From Octopus sinensis (taxonomy: Eukaryota), in contig NC_043007.1 in NCBI RefSeq assembly GCF_006345805.1, positions 35,340,001 to 35,404,000 on the forward strand: a DNA stretch of 64,000 bases, in the 5' to 3' direction. Positions 37,271 to 50,543 of the stretch are shown piece by piece. Position 1 is the first letter of the stretch, and every line of letters begins with the position of its first letter. The notes beneath the pieces are model-generated. The model did not search any database. It saw only the letters and a list, made by a program, of their open reading frames with translations, and had not been told where the DNA came from. Both the position numbers and the translations under genes were made by a program.

Positions 37271-38414
37271 CAGTCAGGCAGGCAAGCAGGCAGGCAGACA
37301 GGCAGCCAGCCAGCCAGCAAGCAAGCCGGCCAACCAGCCAGCCAGCCAGCCAGCCAACCTACATGCTTGGCAATCAACCAACTATCCAGTCAGTCAGTCA
37401 GTCACATAGAAAACAGCCACTGTAACACTTAATATAATCAATTCCAGCTCTCTGTTAGTTCTTCCTGTTTACCACCACCACTACCACCACCACCACCACC
37501 ACCATCATAATCATCATCATCATCAGCAGCAGCAGCAGCATTAACCCCCACCACCACTTACACTACACTCACACCACCACCATCATCACCACTAACACCA
37601 CTCCTCCCAAACCACCACTAACACCACCCCTCCCACCCACCACTAACACCACCCCTCCCAACCCACCACTAACACCACCTCTCCTAACCCACCACTAACA
37701 CCACCCCTCCTAACTCACCACAAACACCACCCCATCCCACCACTAACACTTCCACCGTTGCCGCCGCCACTACCACCACCACTATCATCACCATCATTAT
37801 CATCATTAGCAGAAGTAGCAGCAGCATTAACACCACCACCACCAAAAACAACAATACCTCCACCACCACCTCACACTACAACTACACCATCACGAACATC
37901 ACCACTACCACACACCACACACTTCACCACCACCACCACTACCACCACCGCTATCACCACTAGCCACTGCCGCCGCTACCACCACCAACAATAGCGTAGA
38001 CACACACACTCACACACACACACACACACACACACACAACAAGTATAGTCAGACAGAAGCATCCCGAAAGACGAACCAACAAGAGAACTTCTCTTAGGCA
38101 AGTTTTTTGTCTCTCCTTTCCAGAAATAGCAACTAGAATTTCCCTCAAATCGTACTTTATCGCTTTAAGAAAAGAAAAGGAAATTCACATCGGACAACTG
38201 CAATCTGTGATTCATGCAAAACGGTAAGACTGTCATGGCTGTGATATTTTCGATTATCGATCTGTTCATCGAAGTTGACTAGGAGCTGAATAACAACAAC
38301 AACAATCACAACCGATATTCTTAGATTTAATATATATATTATATATATATATATACCGCTGGTTTAACGCCACTGCCGGGCTCTTGGCTGCTTTTTAAAA
38401 CAATCCAATCTTAT

Positions 38415-38830
38415 GCAAGCATTTAGGTTAGGTCTCCTGTTAGGTATGACTTCTGTCTTTCACCTAGTCTCAGGACTCCTTTTAGAGTTAATATATATCA
38501 TCCGGCTTAACATCACCGTCCGGTCCTTGGATGTCCTTGGAGGAGTTCAATCTCATGCAAGCATTGAGGCTAGGTTTCCTGTGTTGGTACAATTTCCTCC
38601 CGTCTTCTAACCAGTCTCAGGAGACTTTAAAAAGGTCATGAATTGCTCCCTTTTATATTTAACGTACATCATGCGGCTTCACACCAGCACCTGGCCTTTG
38701 GTTGCTCATGGAAGAGTCTATTCTCACGCAAGCATTTAGGATAGGTTTCCAGTTCTGGTATAATTTACTCTACGTCTTCCAATCAGTGTCAGGAGACTTT
38801 ACAAAGGCAGTGTTACCTTCCTCTGAATGA
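38415..38830. repeat. Three diverged tandem units (periods about 142 and 171 bp)
   Basis: GCAAGCATT.AGG.TAGGT.TCC at 38415, 38557 and 38728, each followed by CAGT.TCAGGA. Confidence 0.75.
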
Positions 38831-39776
38831 AAACTCGGGGGAAATTCAAAAACATTCCTTCTGCCAATTGACAGTGAATCGTTAGAGCATCAGGTTGATA
38901 CCAATCTATCCGACGCTCTAATGATTCTCAAAGCAATGTTGTTCAGCGGTAATCGTTGCAGCTCTTTGCATTGTGAGTTCAAACCCCAACGGTGTCAAAT
39001 TTTGTCTTTCATCCTTTTATGGTCGATAAATAAAATATCACATCTGTCCTGATTGGATTCTTCTGCCGCTCTTTACTTTCTTTCTGTCTAAAAGTATTTC
39101 AGGAAGAAATCTGCTGTAACGGTCAAACTCAGATTGGGTTTGATTTCCAAGAAGCGTAAAAATGCTGAACATAGGTCACGTGTCACGACGGTGCCCTTAC
39201 AATTCCATCAAGGGTCGTGAACCTCAGGCAAAATGCTTCCTTTTATGTTTTAATCTACAGAAATATGTGGTTTCTTTGTTTTGTTCTTTTAGGTTCTTGA
39301 CTTTCTACTCCTTGAGGGATTCGTGGTAAACATTACAAAAGCGAGCAAAAATAAAACAACAACAATAAAAAACAAAAAACAAAAATCAAATAATTAAATA
39401 AAAATAAAATAATAAATAAAATAAGGAATAAAACAAAAGTGGAAAGCAAGAACCGAAATAAATATTAGTCATACAGATTCAGAAACAAGGGGAGTGGTAA
39501 GAGAAGACTAAGTAGGAAGAGAAGACTAAGTAAAGAGGGAATACGAGTGGGGAAAAGGGAAGCTGTAGCGATGGTGGTGGTGATGGGAGACAGAAATAGG
39601 GACAGAAAGGGAGAGAAGGGGGTATCGGTCGTTATATAGTATTTCCGGTTGGAGACTAAACTGAAATCCGCCCGTTATTATCTGTTCTTCTCGACGTTTT
39701 TCGTTATTATTATCATTGCTCTTATCAAGATAAAATAGCTGCATGATATTTGGGTGATATATATTATTCACACATA

Positions 39777-39814
<38 letters not shown>

Positions 39815-39876
39815 CACGCACACACACAAGCAAGCGCGCACATATGCACACATACCCTTCCCTATGACCACATCCG

Positions 39877-39908
<32 letters not shown>

Positions 39909-40366
39909 ACATATATATACATACATATATATATATACATATATATATGTATATGGAACAAAAACGCAATAGAAAGCATTAAAACATTCGGACAAATAGA
40001 CGACACAAAGGCGGACAAGAGAAACAACAAATAGAAGGACAGGCAAAAAAAGAACGAGTCATTCATTCTTGGCTTTCTTTCATCAGTCAAGTACCAGAAG
40101 TTACGACCATAAAATTTACCAGCCCTTCAGCAACATATGGCGAACATCTGTAGTTAATTTTTTTGTTTCATTATTTTCATATGTTTACAAAAAATGGTTG
40201 TAACACGACACTTCGCCATACGGGTGCGATATTCTCACAGAAAATACGGACTGTTTAACGTAAAACTGGTTCATAGACTAGGAAAAAGTTGGCTCAGTAA
40301 AAAAAACATGCATAAATGATGACTCAAATATGCATGCATACATAATTGGAGTACTAGGTTTTGTTA

Positions 40367-40751
40367 GGAGGCGCAATGGCCCAGTGGTTAGGGCAGTGGA
40401 CTCGCGGTCATAGGATCGCGGTTTCGATTCCCAGACCGGGCGTTGTGAGTGTTTATTGAGCGAAAACACCTAAAAGCTCCACGAGGCTCCGGCAGGGGGT
40501 GGTGGTGATCCCTGCTCTTCTCTTTTCACCACAACTTTCTCTCACTCTTACTTCCTGTTTCTGTTGTACCTGTATTTCAAAGGGCCGGCCTTGTCACTCT
40601 CTGTGTCACGCTGAATATCCCCGAGAACTACGTTAAGGGTGCACGTGTCTGTGGAGTGCTCAGCCACTTACACGTTAATTTCACGAGCAGGCTGTTCCGT
40701 TGATTCGGATCAACCGGAACCCTAATCGTCGTGACCGACGGAGTGCTTCCA
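40367..40751 (+). mobile_element. SINE family C, full-length
   Basis: A box TGGCCCAGTGGTTAGG and B box GGTTTCGATTCCC. An inverted full-length copy lies at 54253-54635. Confidence 0.92.
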
Positions 40752-40829
40752 ACAAAAAAAACAAGGTTTTGTTAGTAAATGCTTAAAGGAATGTTCAATG
40801 TTAGTAAATATTAGTAAATGCTTAAATCT

Positions 40830-40945
40830 AGATAAACTGGAATTTTCACAAAGAGAAATCGACCGGCTGATTCGTACATTACAAGTGCAATATGTTAGTG
40901 GAACAGGAAAAATATGCAAGACTTTTCTAAAGTTCCAAATGTGAA
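40830..40945 (+). mobile_element. Possible C-terminal end of an RLE-type non-LTR retrotransposon
   Basis: Reads FSQREIDRLIRTLQVQYVSGTGKICKTFLKFQM*, resembling the terminal LQ.....GT..I...L motif of RLE-bearing LINEs. Short, so uncertain. Confidence 0.35.
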
Positions 40946-41139
40946 TTTGCTTATGTTAACTACATCCCAAAGACGGAGCCTTGTCTTTTTGTTGGAAAAG
41001 GGCTCCCTCCTCAGTGGAAGATTTATAATAATCAAAAAATAGAAGAGTCATACATACATACATACGTGGGGGTTGTGAAATGTTCCTGGTTTTAAGGATG
41101 TCACGTTCTTTTACAGGGCCTAGAAAAACTGAAGGACCA

Positions 41140-41275
41140 CCGCATTTAGTGTGTGAATCTGAGAGGGAAATATGCTGAACCGCTAAGTTATGGGGACGTA
41201 AACACACCAGCATCGCTTGTCAAGCGATATTGGGGGGACAAACACAAACACACAAACGCACACACACACACACAC

Positions 41276-41336
<61 letters not shown>

Positions 41337-41520
41337 ATATATATACATACATATATGAGACGGGCTTCTTTCAGTTTCCGTCTACCAAATCCACTCACAA
41401 GGCTTTGTCGGCCGGCGACGGCTATAGTAGAAGACACTTGCCCAAGGTACCACGCAGTGGGACTGAACCCTGAACCATGTGTTGGTAAGCAAGCTACTTA
41501 CCACAGCCACTCCTGCGCCT
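41140..41520 (-). mobile_element. SINE family A copy
   Basis: GAACCGCTAAGTTATGGGGACGTAAACACACCAGCATCG...ACCACACAGCCACTCCTGCGCCT. Confidence 0.88.
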
Positions 41521-42470
41521 ATATATATATATATATATATTATATATTATATATATATAATATATATATATATTATATATATATGCATGTATGTATGTAT
41601 GTATGTATGTATGTATAAGCATCCATCCATACATGCATGCATACATACATACATACATACATACATACATACATACATACATACATACATACATACATAC
41701 AATCGGATGAATTATGATCATGTGGTGTGGAAACGACGCAGGTTCATCACCAAGCAATCGCAATACTGTTTTGTTCAATTCTCTTTTGACAGGCTGGAGA
41801 TTGCAGCCTGAGAAAATTTCCCTTCAGTGAAACGCATAATGGAGAATTTTTATTGATCTCGTCTTGTATTTCTCAAGGGAACGAGCTGCCTGAATGACTT
41901 CATCCTTTCAATTATCGCAGACAGATCGCCTGAAGCTTTACTTCGAAGACATTCGTTGTACATGTATGTATGCAATCACAGCACTACGCATGCGTGTGTG
42001 AACGTGAGCGATCTTGTGCGTGGTACGATTATTATGCACATGTGTGTACGAGCGTATCTAAGAACGTGTGTGTGTGTGTGTGTGTGTGTATTGTAGTGGT
42101 TCTCTAACCTGTAGAAAATCCTGATTAAGCAGACCTATGACCGAAGATGTTCCATCCGTGACCATCGTACATATTTTGTGGTGTGGAGGACGTTATCGAA
42201 CGGGTAATTGTATTTTTTGAAATTCCAGACTGATGGATCGAACAGAGAGATTCCTTCATCGATTGGCTCCAAAATTATATGCTGCGGATAGAATAAGAGC
42301 GTAGTTGACATTGATTTTTTAAAATTTATTTCTCTTTTTCACTCGATGACATATGCCACAGCAGCGAATTGAAAAGCAGCGGTGTTCAGATGTGAAACGG
42401 AACCGGTTGTCTAATTTGATAATGATGATGATGATGATGATGATGATGATGGTGATGGTGATGGTGATGG

Positions 42471-42518
<48 letters not shown>

Positions 42519-42694
42519 CGACGACGACGACGATGATGACGATGATGATGCTGAGACAGAGGTGTATGAGGATGACGACGATGATAGTGATAACTATGAA
42601 GATGATGATGATGATGATGATGACGACGACAACGATGATGATGACGATGAAGCGCGAAAAAAGGTGGTTTCTTACATAGCCCTATAAAATTGTA

Positions 42695-43275
42695 AAAGAG
42701 GTTGGACAAACTAGTGGAAACACCTTAAAATTTCAAAATAAATTAATTTTAATATGGGGTAGGACCGCCTTTGGCAGTAATTACAGCTTGAAATCTACGA
42801 GGTATGGATTCTTACAAAGTTTGAATTGTTTCCAAAAGAATTTTCGTCCATTCCTCAGCTAAAATAGTCTTCGGTTCTTGTAGTGATGATGGTGGAGGAT
42901 ATCGACTCCTTACTTGTTTTTCTAAAATGCACCATAAATGCACAATAATATTGAGATCTGGGGACTGTGGTGGCCAGATAAGATGTTCAACTTCGCTAGA
43001 ATGTTCCTCGTGCCAATCAGTAACAACGTTAGCTGTGTGAATTGGTGCATTATCATCCTGAAAGATTACGTTTCCCTCCGGAAACAGTTCTGCAACCATA
43101 GCATGAATTTCATCTGAAAAAATGCTTAAATGGTCTTAACTATTAATTCTGCCATATTAAGCAACACTAAAAATAAATCAAAAACAAAAATAAACACGCT
43201 TTTGACGGTTTTATACGTATCTCAAAATTATGATGCTATAATGCTAGGTGTTTCAATTATTTTGTCCAACCCCTT
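42695..43275 (-). mobile_element. Non-autonomous Tc1 deletion derivative retaining the transposase C-terminus
   Basis: TIRs GGTTGGACAAACTAGTGGAAACACC / GGTGTTTCAATTATTTTGTCCAACCCC; minus ORF contains IFQDDNAPIHTA...WPPQSPDLNIIVHLW. Confidence 0.9.
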
Positions 43276-43495
43276 TACTATACATACATACATACATACG
43301 TACATACATAGAGTGGCTGAACGAAAGAAAAAAGCACTCAACACATTTAGTAAGAATTATATGCATTATTTAAAATAACTTGATTCGTGCAACTTAGTTT
43401 TACACGCCTCAAACAGAAGCCTGTCTCTTTCAGGCCTTAGATTATCGAAAAGATGCCTGCGAAACTTTAGTCGCATAGAACCGAATTAAACTGTT

Positions 43496-43552
<57 letters not shown>

Positions 43553-43774
43553 GTCAATTCAAATAGACGAATAAAAAAGGTAAAAAAAGAACGTGAGGAC
43601 GTGCACAATAATTGTATTAGCTTGACGCTAATATATATATATATATAGAGCAACAACAGTATAAGATAGTAATAAAACAACGGGAACGATCCCATGGAGG
43701 AAATGGGAGAGATAGTGATAAATAGCAATGACTGTATAGAACAAGATATCTGAGATCCCCTTCAGTTACGACAC

Positions 43775-44085
43775 AGACCATGGGATTGCACCTACAAAGT
43801 TACCCTCCTAGGCACAAGTCCGGGCAAGGTTATTTTTATGGAAGACCAGCAGTTGCCCATGCATACCGGCCTCCCCTCTCCACGCCACCAGTGTTGTCCA
43901 AGGGAAAGGCAAAGGCCAATACAGTTTGGCACCTGTGACATCGCAACTCATTTCTACAGCTGAGTGAACTGGAGCAATGTGAAATAAAGTGTTTTGCTCA
44001 AGAACACAGCACGCAGCCCGGTCCGTGTTTCCACCAAACAACCTCACGATCGTAAGCTCGAGGCTCTAACCACTGAGCTCTAACC
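43775..44085 (-). mobile_element. SINE with family D-type head/centre and a distinct tail
   Basis: Minus-strand GCTCAGTGGTTAGAGC A box; central GTGTTCTTGAGCAAAACACTTTATTTCACATTGCTCCAGTTCACTCAGCTG; tail ...AGGTGCAATCCCATGGTC. Confidence 0.8.
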
Positions 44086-44199
44086 TTCACGGAAAAAGAT
44101 AACAAACTAGAAAAAGAGAGTGTGGAGAGAGGATTACAAGGAGTGAAGGTGACAATAACAATAAAAACAGCGATAACAAAAGAGAACAACGTAAAAAAA

Positions 44200-44335
44200 A
44201 ATGGTGGCGGCAGAACTCACTCCAGATAGCTGGGCGTGATTGGGGAAGATCTCTCCAGAGGCTCGACGTCCTCTTGGAGGATGCAGAGGGACTGGCACGG
44301 GACCGCCAGCGATGGAGAGCACTGGTTTATGCATG
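44200..44335 (+). mobile_element. RTE-clade LINE extreme 3' end
   Basis: Reads DWGRSLQRLDVLLEDAEGLARDRQRWRALVYA*, containing the A.DR..WR..V terminal motif of RTE ORFs. Confidence 0.72.
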
Positions 44336-45046
44336 AAGACGTCTCTGGGACGACTAGCATGGGATGACTCCAGCCCCATCTAGCAAGAGCATGAACCAAA
44401 TCGAAGGATGCAAGCGATGGCAATATGGAAGACGATATCAGACGAAGCAGGATCCTCCAAAATGAAGTTGAAGGTGATCAATCGCAAAGGGTGAGAGTAA
44501 AGGAACCACTCACCCACCTACATAAACTTAGATTTTCTTGGCACATGATAGAAATGTGTCTGAAGAAATACGGCTGTTACATGTAGCCCCCGTCTTCCCA
44601 GTTCCGCCCTCCTTCATTTTTCTCCGCACCCCTTTTTTTCGGATTCAACGTATCACTTTTTTCTTTTCCTAAAGAGAGGAGACATTAATGGATTCGTACA
44701 CACACACACAAACACACGTACAAGCATACACACGCACGCACACATACACACACACACTCATGTACACGCATTCAAGTACATAAAACGCATGCAAGCTTAA
44801 TAGAATAATAATAGAATAAAAGTAAATAGAATAAAGCAACAAAGAATAAAAAAGAAGACAAACGACGAAGGAAAAAGAAGAAAAGAAAAAGACAAGAGCC
44901 AAAAAAAATAAAAGAAATACGAAATAAAATTGTAAAAGCAAAGAGCAAAAAAGCAAAAATTCGAAGAAAAGAAAGAAAAATGGTAGACAGCAAGAGAGAG
45001 TATCTTAATCAAGGTTGAGAGTAACAGAACGCGTCATTGTGCTGCA

Positions 45047-45118
45047 GCGCCAGCTTCGAACGCATTTCATTACCATATAAGGCAATAATATCGAATCGAC
45101 TGCTTGTTACAGGCTAAA
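45047..45118 (+). promoter_or_regulatory. CArG-box module (CCATATAAGG at 45073-45082), paralogous to 37195-37270
   Basis: See the 37195-37270 entry. Confidence 0.4.
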
Positions 45119-45272
45119 CAAAATTTTATATATATATACATATATAAAGCACGAAACAATTATTCATTTATATACAGATGCAATGTTTTGTGTGTGCATG
45201 CATGTTAATTTATATATATATATTATATATATATATGAATAGAGAGATAGATGGATAGATGTAGTTTATACG

Positions 45273-45334
<62 letters not shown>

Positions 45335-46283
45335 GGTTATATATATTATGGGTACACTATAATGCAGGCTAAAGCAGTCAGTCGCACTGTCGATGAGACA
45401 GACATTATTAACGAAAACTATACAACCTATTCTAGCTTTTTCCGTCCGTTTTTCCGGTCTCTTTATCAGAATTATCTAGTTCCTCCATCATCGACCCCAC
45501 CGTCAACGCCACCACCACCTCCACCACCACCACTACCTCCATTTCCACCGCCACCACCACCACCTCTATCACCATCGTCATCCACCTGCAATAACAGCGA
45601 CGGCGGTGTTTTTCCGCAGCATCCACCCGTTCTCACCACCACCATCCACTAACAACGACGACAACAACAGCCACAATTATTGCTGGAGCTGTTGTTGTTC
45701 TTGTTATTACATTATCTTTTCACTCTAATGCCATTTCACCAAATTATTTCCTTTTGCAAGATGTTTTAAACACGTATGTTTAAATATATACGTACGCCCG
45801 CCTGTTTGTCTGAATGTGTGCGGTGTATGATATATGTAATACATTTTCATTATGTATATATAAGTAATACGTAATTGTGTTTGTGCATATATATGTATAT
45901 ATGTATTTATCTATCCATATATATGTGTATGTATGTACATACATAGACACGCGTAACTTCGCACTGACGGTTATATATGTAAATATATATAAATATAATA
46001 TTGCATTATATATGATACCTGGCATAGGCGTATAACAAGATATGACCATTTTCCTGTACATATATGTGCGTATAAAGCGCATATGTGTATATATAGGCAT
46101 ATGCACTTACGTATGCATATGGAGTGATATTTTATACCCACACAGACTCACACACACGTATATGTATCACTATGTATGTTATATATGTATGTGAGAATGT
46201 ATGTATATATACATACACACACATATAGCTATATATATATATATGTGCGAGTACATTATGCATATATATGTTTGTATATATGC

Positions 46284-46376
<93 letters not shown>

Positions 46377-46516
46377 GTATGTATATATATATATATTATA
46401 TATATATATAATCCCGTACACATACTTGCTAAAAGCTTATTTACATAAGCCATGGTGTCCAGTTGCATTCAAGTAAGGCAACTAGGAGTATGAGAAGCAC
46501 GTGACCGGCTTTTATC

Positions 46517-46618
46517 CGAGTCATCTGCTTATAGCTGTTTCTATTAAAAAAAGCCATTAGCTATAAACATACAGCGAACAGGCAGCGAGCGCGTGATGGA
46601 AATTTCCATGGCGCAGAC
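46517..46618 (+). promoter_or_regulatory. Inverted paralogue of the 28.4-kb regulatory module
   Basis: CGCGTGATGGAAATTTCCATG at 46590-46610 is the exact reverse complement of 28433-28453. GAGTCA, AAGCCAT and GCAGAC occur at similar spacings. Confidence 0.4.
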
Positions 46619-46774
46619 CAGCCGACCAGCCTGTCAACCAGCCAGTTCACCAGCCGACTTAACTGCCAGCCTGCCAGCTGCCTGCCTGATTGCTTTGCTC
46701 TGTTCCAAAATTGGATATGTATATTGGTCTACGTTATCATGTGCGATGACGATGATGATGACTATAATGGTGAC

Positions 46775-46807
<33 letters not shown>

Positions 46808-46859
46808 ATGATGATGATGATGACGGTAGTGATGGCGGTAACGATGGCGATGAAGACGG

Positions 46860-46890
<31 letters not shown>

Positions 46891-47493
46891 GATGATGACG
46901 ACGATGGCGATGACAATGGCGATGACGATGGCGATGATGATGATGGTGGTGATGATGGCGGCGAGGATGACGATGACGATGATGATTACGACGACAACGA
47001 CGATGATGATGATGATGATCACGACGACGACGACGACAACGACAACGATGATGAGGACGAGGATGAAGATGAAGATGAAGATCATGATGACAATGGTAGT
47101 GATGGTAATAATTATTCGGATGATGTTCTTGAGATGATGACGATGATGATGATGATAATAACAACGACAGTGATGGTGATGATGACGATGACGATGAAAC
47201 GACATCGACAGCAACGACTAAGACCTCTGCGAACCGGTTTGCACTTACATACTTCCGCTGGTCAAGCATGTATGGGCCATTACTCGCCATCCTGGCAGAA
47301 CTTTGTGAGAGATCCATAATGAGCTTCTCTAGAAGTTTGTGCGCGTGAAATTAACTAATGAATGATGCTTGCACTGAACTGCACTAATTTTTCAAATAGA
47401 ACAGCGTTACCGTCCGATGACCCAACATAGTATAGGAACAACGAAAAGATGAACGGTTGTCGGACTTCAAATCAGACTATCTTTCTTCTAGAT

Positions 47494-47647
47494 CAGCCAT
47501 GCACAGTCTGCGGCCCGCGGGATTTTCTGAATGGCACATCTAATGAAAAACACGAAAAATTACGATGAATTTCTTAGTAGTGCGGCTTGATTGATGGTGA
47601 GCCATGTTTCAAACAGCCCGATTCTCGAAAAAGGTTGTACCTACCTG
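47494..47647. mobile_element. Small hAT (Charlie-like) MITE
   Basis: CAG...CTGCGGCCCGCGG start and AAAAAGGTTG...CCTG end; flanks TTCTAGAT / TCCTAGAC (6/8, NTCTAGAN-type target). Confidence 0.5.
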
Positions 47648-47960
47648 TCCTAGACAGGTGTTATAACAAAACCTAGAGGTCATCACTTCCGGTGGTATCG
47701 TGGCGCGCTCACTGACTATCACGAGCTTTTCTATGTCCATTTGTGCAATCACTAGATAATCATCGACTTTACGTTGGGCTCATCTGTCCTTTTATCAGTT
47801 TGTTTTTGTCCTTCGTGGTTTTTAGCAACCCTTGGAACTTAGTAACCATCTTGATGGTTTAGTCGGCAACAACTCGGCTACACAACAGGTTGTACCGGAT
47901 GGCAAGCCGCCAGGAGTAATTGTGAACGATTTGACAAAGAGGATGGACATCTTTAACTTC

Positions 47961-48248
47961 TTTCATTCCTGTCGATTTTAACCTGACGAAGAACTTTCTC
48001 CGAAACGTTGATTACTACACCACCCATGGCAATGTTACTGTACTCTTTCTGACCCTTTTTTTCCACTTGATATATGCCCTGCTAACGCAAACTATTGTCA
48101 GTTTCTTAAGACTCTATTTGATTTGAAAGACAGAGAGAGAAACACACACGCAGATAAACGTATATAGATGTGTAGGTAGGTTTGTAGGGAGGGAGGTAAG
48201 TAAATAGGTTGGTAGGTAGGTAGGAAAGTAGTTAGTTAGTTAGTTAGT

Positions 48249-48327
<79 letters not shown>

Positions 48328-48742
48328 GAGAGTGTGGGAGAGAGAGAGCGAGACAGACATAGAGAAAATTCACGCAGTACGTGTATGATTATAAGACTAA
48401 AGATACAACAAATCAATAATACAGAGAGTTAAACAAATGACAGTATTTGTGTTTTTTTCATTCCTGTCGATTTTAACCTGACGAAGAACTTTCTCCGAAA
48501 CGTTGATTACTACACCACCCATGGCAATGTTACTGTACTCTTTCTGACCCTTTTTTCCACTTGATATATGCCCTGCTAACGCAAACTATTGTCAGTTTCT
48601 TAAGACTCTATTTGATTTGAAAGACAGAGAGAGAAACACACACGCAGATAAACGTATATAGATGTGTAGGTAGGTTTGTAGGGAGGGAGGTAAGTAAATA
48701 GGTTGGTAGGTAGGTAGGAAAGTAGTTAGTTAGTTAGTTAGT

Positions 48743-48782
<40 letters not shown>

Positions 48783-48790
48783 AGATATAT

Positions 48791-48839
<49 letters not shown>

Positions 48840-49613
48840 GAGAGTGTGGGAGAGAGAGAGCGAGACAGACATAGAGAAAATTCACGCAGTACGTGTATGA
48901 TTATAAGACTAAAGATACCAACAAATCAATAATACAGAGAGTTAAACAAATGACAGTATTTGTGTTCTTTCATTCCTGTCGATTTTAACCTGACGAAGAA
49001 CTTTCTCCGAAACGTCGATTACTCCACTACCCATGGCAATGTCACTGCACTCTTTCGGACCCTTTTATTTTTTTCACGTGATATATGCCCTGCCAACGCA
49101 AACTACCGTCAGTTTCTTATGACTCTATTTGATCTGAAAGACAGAGAGAGAAACACATACACAGATAAATATATATAGATTGGTAGGTAGGTAGGTAGGT
49201 AGGAAAGTAGATATATAGATAGATAGATAGAAAGAGATAGAGAGAAAGAGTGTGTGTGGGAGAAAGAGACAGGCAAAGAGAAAATTCACACAATACGTGT
49301 ATGATTATAAGGCAAAGGATACCAACAAATCAATAATACAGAGAGTTTAACAACTGACAGTATTTGTGTTCTTTCATTCCTGTCGATTTTAACCTGACGA
49401 AGAACTTTCTCCGAAACGTCGATTACTCCACTACCCATGGCAATGTCACTGTACTCTTTCGGACCCTTTTATTTTTTTCACGTGATATATGCCCTGCCAA
49501 CGCAAACTACTGTCAGTTTCTTGAGACTCTATTTGGTTTGAAAGACAGAGAGAGAGACACACACACGTAGATAAATAGATATAGATTGGTAGGTAAGTAA
49601 GTAGGTAGGAAAG

Positions 49614-49671
<58 letters not shown>

Positions 49672-49795
49672 TATAGAGAGAGACGATCATAGAGAAGAGT
49701 CAAGCAGTACGTGTATAATTATATGGCTAAGGATACCAACAAATCAATAATACGTAGAGTTAAACAAGTGACAGTATTTGCGTTCGTGTATGTGC
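47961..49795 (+). repeat. Four-unit tandem array (periods 495, 512, 404 bp), each unit carrying a hammerhead-like core and (GATA)n
   Basis: CTGACGAAGAACTTTCTCCGAAACGT(T/C) at 47983, 48478, 48990 and 49394. Units 1-2 resemble each other, as do units 3-4. Confidence 0.92.
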
Positions 49796-50489
49796 TTGTT
49801 TATTTTATAACAATAAACATCTCGTGTCAAAAGCATAACGCAGTCATTTAATAAATAAAGATCGATAAACTAAATACCGGATGGAATTACGTACAGGAGG
49901 TGGGACGGTCGATATTGTCGTCTAAAACTCTAAATAGCTTTGTTTGGTATGGCTGCAGCCCAGTGGCCTGATCCAGAGACAAAGAAAGAAAGAGAGAGAG
50001 AGATGCTGGAAGATGAATCGATTGTTTATATTATAATTGACATAATAAGCGCTGATAGCGAAATGGTGATAATGACTAACCGGTCATACATTGTCATTAG
50101 AGATTATAAGAATAAAAGATTGTTTTATGTCATGCAATGCACACACAAGCATTAATCAGAAATTGTTGAGACCATGTCTGGAGATAATGATCTACAAATA
50201 GAGGAATCAATGAGATAAAGATGTTCCCCATAGATTTACGAGTTCTCCAGAAAGGCAATTGGAGAGGAAAAATCAAAAAAAAAAAAAGAAGAAAGACAGA
50301 AAAAATATTGAGCCAATTGAAGACATTTTTAATCAGGATACACGTTCAACAAAAAGAAAAGCTGGAAGGATAAAACTTTCTGTTACGTTCAAAAGACACG
50401 CGCACGGATACACGAACGCATACACACAGCAAACAACGTACACACAAACACACAAACAAGCACGCGGGCTCAGAGAGAGAGAGGACAGA

Positions 50490-50543
<54 letters not shown>

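Noticed and set aside
40367-40440. tRNA gene
   Set aside because: A and B boxes are present but continue into a SINE body found in several copies; no complete cloverleaf is evident.
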